Assembly: GCA_044892505.1 (NCBI GenBank)
Contig: CM097883.1
Span: 111,918,464-111,974,000, forward strand
Direction of reading: 5' to 3'
DNA: 55,537 nucleotides
Origin: Schmidtea nova
Taxonomy: Eukaryota
The stretch's first letter is position 1, and every line of letters starts with the position of its first letter. This document shows positions 50,499 to 55,537 of this stretch, one piece after another. Below the pieces are notes generated by a model. The model saw only the letters and a program-made list of their open reading frames with translations, had not been told where the DNA came from and did no database searches. Both the position numbers and the translations under genes were made by a program.

Positions 50499-51738
50499 CG
50501 CCTCCTCTGTAGACTGTCAGGCTATAGTGGCTGTTTTCTATCCATGGTTTTAGTCTGTCAATCGATACTATTCTTTCATCTCCATTTATATTGATCTTGA
50601 TTGTTTTATTGCTTGGTGATATTTCAATTACTTGGTACGGACCTGTATATGAATTGTCTAGCGACTTCCTGAATTCTGATCGTAGCCACACCTTCTTACA
50701 GTCTGTAAACAGTTTGCTCACATAGCTTTTTTCTTTTATATTGTTGTCCTCTTGAGAATCTTTGAGAGTGTTAGAGACATTAGCCTGGATTGTTTCAAGA
50801 TCATCCTCATCCGCAACGGTTGGTGTTGATATTGTGAAGTATCCAGGCAGTCTGGTTGTTTGTCCAAATGGTAATTGGGTAGCTGATGGTTTGCCTTCTC
50901 TTCTTGTGCAATTTCTCAAGCTCATAAGAACTGTAGGTAGGTCTTCTGCCCAAGTTCTTGATGCATTGTCTGAGTGTGCTCTGATTGAATTCTTCATTGA
51001 TCTGTGCCACCTTTCTATTTTCCCATTGGATTGTGGATGATAGGCTGTGGTTCTATGTTTCTCTTCACCCATGATTCTACAAAATTCTTTGAACTTTTCT
51101 GACTGAAATTGTAAACCTTGATCAGTGATAATTATTTCCGGTACACCAAATCTGCTGATCCATTCCTTTTTAAATGTTTTTATTATTACTTCCGAGCTGA
51201 TCTCATGTATTGGAATTGGTTCTACTCGAGATGTTCCACGATCAATCATTGTTAAAACATATCTCTTGTTGTTTACTACAGGAAGAGGCCCAACGATATC
51301 GATATGGACCGTGTTGAATCTTCCTTTGGTTAGAATTTTTCCTATCGGAGTCTTAGTATGTCTAGATATTTTTGTAATCTGGCATTTTTGACACTCCCTG
51401 CACCATTCTGATATATCCTTTTTCATCCTCGACCAGACATATCTCTCTCTGATTAGATCAATTGTTGGTGTTGGACCGGGATGTGAAATATTGTGGAGTC
51501 TTTCGAATTCTTGATATCTGAGATTCTTTGGAAGTACGACTCTTGCATGACCTAGTGTTGTGTCAACAACAATGTTATCTTCAGTTACACATAATTGTAG
51601 ATCACTGTTCTTGAGTGTTCTTAGAGTTTCATCAGTGCTTTGTTCTTTTCGGAGTAAGTCAGTCGTAATTCCGATTAAGTTTATAGTAGTTTTGATTTTG
51701 ATTGGTTTGGTGTTTGGTCTTGATAGCCAGTCGGCCAA
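50485..51738 (-). CDS. pol: Gypsy integrase region (417-aa open frame)
   Basis: ADWLSR, HHCC (LHNISHPG..CRECQKCQ), HIDIVGP, ITDQG, YHPQSNGKIERWH, YTGPYQVI..VSIDRLKP. Confidence 0.9.
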   Translation of the reverse strand: MADWLSRPNTKPIKIKTTINLIGITTDLLRKEQSTDETLRTLKNSDLQLCVTEDNIVVDTTLGHARVVLPKNLRYQEFERLHNISHPGPTPTIDLIRERYVWSRMKKDISEWCRECQKCQITKISRHTKTPIGKILTKGRFNTVHIDIVGPLPVVNNKRYVLTMIDRGTSRVEPIPIHEISSEVIIKTFKKEWISRFGVPEIIITDQGLQFQSEKFKEFCRIMGEEKHRTTAYHPQSNGKIERWHRSMKNSIRAHSDNASRTWAEDLPTVLMSLRNCTRREGKPSATQLPFGQTTRLPGYFTISTPTVADEDDLETIQANVSNTLKDSQEDNNIKEKSYVSKLFTDCKKVWLRSEFRKSLDNSYTGPYQVIEISPSNKTIKININGDERIVSIDRLKPWIENSHYSLTVYRGGVLGY

Positions 51739-53487
51739 TGAGTTACTTTGCCCTTGTATGTATTTCCATTCAAAGTTGAATCGGCTAAGATATTAATGAT
51801 TCTCCACTGTCTTGGTGATGGATCCTTCATAAACATTGTTCTTTGTAGCGGTTTGTGGTATACGTTGATTTCAAAAGTTGAACCGTCGATAAATTGCTTA
51901 AAGTGTTTGACAGCTTAGTATACTGCCAAGAGCTCTCTGTCGAATGTTGAATATTTTGTTTCTGTCTTTGTTAATTTTCGAGAGAAAAATTCTGTAGGAA
52001 CACATCTGTTGTCCTCAGTCATCTGGTTTAGGCTGGCACCAACTGCTATACCCGATGCGTCTGTATTGAGGATAAATGGTCGTCTTGGATCAGGATAGTT
52101 GATTCTTGTTATAGACAGTAGCAATTCCTTTGCTTTCTTCAAAGATTTTTCGTGATTGGAGTTCCATGAAAAGCTTTTGCTGTTTTTGATTGATGTATTT
52201 ACCAGCTTATGTAGTGGAGTTAACACTTCCGAAAGATTAGGCATCAACCAGTGATAATATCCGATGCTGCCGATGAACCATCTTAACTCTTTGATATCAC
52301 TTGGTGTACTTGTGTATTTGATGGCTTCTATTCTTGTATCCGTTGGTTTGATTCCATTCTCCGAAATGTTGAAGCCTAGAAAGTCAACGTTTTCTTTGCA
52401 GAACTCACATTTTTCATTATTTATCACAAGATAATCCGATTCTAGACTCTTGAGAATTTCTTTCATATGTTCCTCGTGTTCTTCGAGATTGCCTAAAAAA
52501 TAAGAATGTTATCTTTGTATGCAAGACAATATCGCCGTGTGTCTTTTAATATTTCATCCATGTGATGTTTAAACGTTTGAGATGCATTTCATAGTCCAAA
52601 TGGCATCTTTACATATTCATATAACCCAAAAGGGGTGATAACTGCAGTTTTCGGGATGTCATCCTGATGTATTGGAATCTGGTGATAAGTTTTCTTAAAA
52701 TCAAGTTTTGTGAACCACTTGCTGCCTACAATTCCGTCAAGGATGTCGTTGATTCTTGGCAAGAGGTATTTATCGGGTCGTGTGATATCATTTTGTAGTC
52801 TATAATCTCCACATGCCCGCCAAGATCCATCTGATTTCTTTACTACCACTAGGGGTGACGCCCATTCACTTTTGCTTGGTCGTATTGTGCCATCTCTAAG
52901 TAGCTTGTTAAATTCCTCTTTAGTAGCATTATATTTCTCTCCAAATAACCTTCTTTGCTTTTGAGATACGGGAATTTGTATACGGGAATATGTATGCGCA
53001 GCTGTGTGAGTGGAACTGTGTTGAAGGCTTGATCTATTGTGTTGAGGGCTTGATCTAAGATAATCTTGTCTTTTAATCTGAATATTGTTTTGAGGTTGCA
53101 ACTGACGTTAATTTTGTTTCTTGAGAGGAAGTCGGCTCTCGATATTGGTTTGGTGACGGCAGCTACCGCAAATGTCCATATGAACTTGTCCTTGAATCCT
53201 TTGATTTGAAATTCAATAATTTTGTCACCTAAATATTTGATTGGAGAATTGTTGGCTGATAGAAGCGATCGATTTGAACTAACCTTGTTTGGCTTGTGAG
53301 TCGAAATTGGTAGAACATTTATATCAGCTCCTGTATCTACTAGGAATGCTACAAGGAAATTGTTGATATAAATATTGACGTTAAATATTTTGGGTTTGAT
53401 ATCCGAGTATGTTGATATGATTCTGAAGGTTCCACTCCTCGGAGTTAGTGGAACCACTTGTCGTTTCCGTGGATGCCATTGTTCCAT
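51739..53487 (-). pseudogene. pol: Gypsy protease, RT and RNase H, fragmented by stops and frameshifts
   Basis: FLVDTGAD; SEWASPLVVVKK..WRACGDYR..KLDFKKTYHQI..MPFGL; the YxDD motif reads YKDN; LNTDASG..YSTFDRELLAVY. Confidence 0.9.
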
Positions 53488-54067
53488 TCACAAGGTGGTT
53501 GACATTTTCTCGCCTTGACTCCAAACATATCGTGATAATAGAAGAGCTTTGAATTGCACTGATTTAGTTGTCGTCTTCTGAGCACGTTCAATTCTTCTCG
53601 AAGATCTTTTAATTCTTTTTCCTTTACCGAGTTTGCTAATATATCTACGGGCATGCAGTTCTTTGAAGTTTCTTTATGTCTTACATTAATTAATTTGTCA
53701 GCTAGAGCTGCTAGATATGAGAGATCGTCATTGGATTGAGCTAAAAGTATTGTCTGGATATGTGAAGGCAATAATCTCATGAAAAGTTCACGATTTATAT
53801 AACTGTTTTGGTTAAAGTAAACCAGGTCTATTAGTTGCATTTGAAAATTGATTTGTTGAAGGGCCTCTGAAGGTGATCTGTCTCCCAGTGAGTCATCTTT
53901 AAATAAAGCCGATATTGACAGCTTCTGTTTCGCCTCGAAATCTTTTATTGTGGCCCCTCGAAGATTACTGTATGGACTTGGTTTGCTGGCATCCAAATAA
54001 GATTGAAACTTCATTAGCATCTCAGTTGAAATGTTTGAAATGAGATGGAAGTATTTAGTTACTTTCG
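53445..54067 (-). pseudogene. gag: Gypsy gag, N-terminally truncated
   Basis: TKYFHLISNI..PYSNL..LGDRSPS..LLPSHIQTIL..LAALADKL; knuckle (F)YYH..FGVKARKCQPPC with the first Cys lost; C GGA AAC slippery site at 53469-53463. Confidence 0.9.
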
Positions 54068-54382
54068 TTACTTTTTTTGTGATTAGTCAGAATATATTTC
54101 TTTAATATCCAAATAATTAATAAGAGTCGAAAATATTTTATTTGTCAATTAATAATAATAGTAACAATAACAATAACAATATAATAATGTAATTTGCAAT
54201 GGTAATTCAAACGCGACATACTTAAGAAAAAGTGCCCGTCTTCTTTGTATTTGAGCTTCAAAAAATATTATTAAGGAGGAGGGTTGTTTTACAAATATGA
54301 CAATATTTTAAATTTACAATTTTTCTTATTTTAAGTTGTTACCTCTAATTTCTCCAATTTTTGTAAATAAGATGATATGGCT
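54068..54382 (+). repeat. ~310-bp direct repeat copy B
   Basis: Matches 50047-50353 and continues into non-LTR sequence at the point where copy A meets the LTR. Confidence 0.9.
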
Positions 54383-55249
54383 ATTGGTGATTCTTGAATT
54401 TTTCTTTTCTATTTTATTTTATACTCGTTTAATCTTTTCATATGTCATAGGAAAAACGCAACAAACTTTAGATAAGACTGTCCTTCTTCTCTGTACTTAA
54501 GTATTATCAATTAATGATTATGAGCTTGGTTCTTCAAACATACAGTTTATAAATATTTTTGTGAAATTTTAACAAAATATTTTTAAAGAATATTTTTAAA
54601 AATTTGCTTAACTTAATTCAAAATTTTAAAAATTCTTTTGATAATTTTAAAAACTTTTTAAATTTTGAATTTTAAAAGTTATTGGTGAATTGTTTAAATA
54701 ATTGAATCACACGATTATGAGAATTATGTTCTCGAAATAATTTGGGAAATATAATTCAGATTGGCATTTATTGTTAATTTTGAATTATATAATTAGAATT
54801 TGTTGTTCAGATTTTAGTGACAATATTATTTTTTATCACTTATAATCTATTTTAATTATACAGATTCAATTAAAATATCTGCTTATCTCTCTAATTATAT
54901 GTAAAATTGTATATTTGAATTAAAATAAATATACATTTAAGGATAAAATATATCGTGATTTACAATTATTTCTTATATAATTTTTTACAGAAAAAGATAA
55001 GTGGTAATGAAAAGGTTGCAGAAAAGAAAATATGTGTCAATAAATATATATTTAATTTATATTTAATTTTGAATTATACCATTTTTGTCTGTCAATTTAA
55101 ATTTTCAGCGAGTATATAATAATAACTTGATTATTAAATAAGGAATCCGCGAGCCATTCGTGAGAATTATTAACTTTAACGAAGTCAACATAAACTATAA
55201 TTTTATATTAATATGATTTTTTTCACAAATATAACATCATAATTTTCTT

Positions 55250-55376
55250 TTCGTTTCACCTTTGATTTCTTTTTTTATTCAATAATTTACATTTTAATTT
55301 TTATAAGACTATAGATCAAAAGTTTTTTTGGTTGTTAGGGGCACGATATTCTGCAAAGCTTTTTTCAAATGTGTAA
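55250..55376 (-). repeat. Degenerate hammerhead-repeat copy with leader
   Basis: Minus strand ACACA-TTTGAAAA-AAGC-TTT-GCA-GAA-TA-TC-GTGC, then TTTTGATCTATAGTC..AAATCAAAGGTGAAA. Confidence 0.55.
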
Positions 55377-55537
55377 ATATGATGTAAAATCATAATTAGC
55401 AACCAAAAAAAATTTATCTTTAGTCTTACTAAAAATTAATATGAAAATTATTGAATTACGTAACAAATATAAGCTTCAACATTTATGGAATATTTTCAAT
55501 TAAAAATATCTAACACGGCGTTTTTGCACTTAATGAA

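Larger units (their letters stand above)
50354..54067 (-). mobile_element. Ty3/Gypsy LTR retrotransposon (CsRN1-like), 5'-truncated and degenerate
   Basis: Order gag-PR-RT-RH-IN, then PPT AGAGGAGGCG (50508-50499) and 3' LTR. No 5' LTR or PBS; gag is cut at 54067. Confidence 0.95.

Overview
Very AT-rich animal genomic DNA (invertebrate; a flatworm-like genome is plausible but cannot be determined) from a draft assembly with 11 N-gaps. The only host gene recognisable is a + strand HR96/NR1J-type nuclear receptor. Its C4 zinc-finger DBD lies at 17748-18154, a phase-consistent 5-exon model runs from 8601 to 36268, and no ligand-binding domain is visible. The rest is mostly transposable elements: two Penelope-like (PLE) remnants, a CsRN1-clade Gypsy gag deletion derivative, a 1.2-kb TRIM-like LTR element, an intact 1.1-kb Merlin transposon with TIRs and an 8-bp TSD, Tc1, mariner, pogo, MULE and hAT remnants/MITEs, a probable small Helitron, and a degenerate CsRN1-like Gypsy with one complete 145-bp LTR. 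The most interesting signal is a dispersed AT-rich repeat (about 9 copies, several abutting gaps) with consensus GCACAC-UUGAUAA-A-GGC-UGU-GCC-GAAA-UA-U(C/U)-GUGU. It reads as a minimal type I hammerhead ribozyme with the compensatory U3-A8 core and an almost absent, palindromic helix III. One perfect 63-bp-arm palindrome has its apex on the predicted cleavage site. A second, canonical-core minimal hammerhead lies about 235 nt downstream of a Penelope GIY-YIG ORF. All calls are by-eye reading; no database searches or folding were run.
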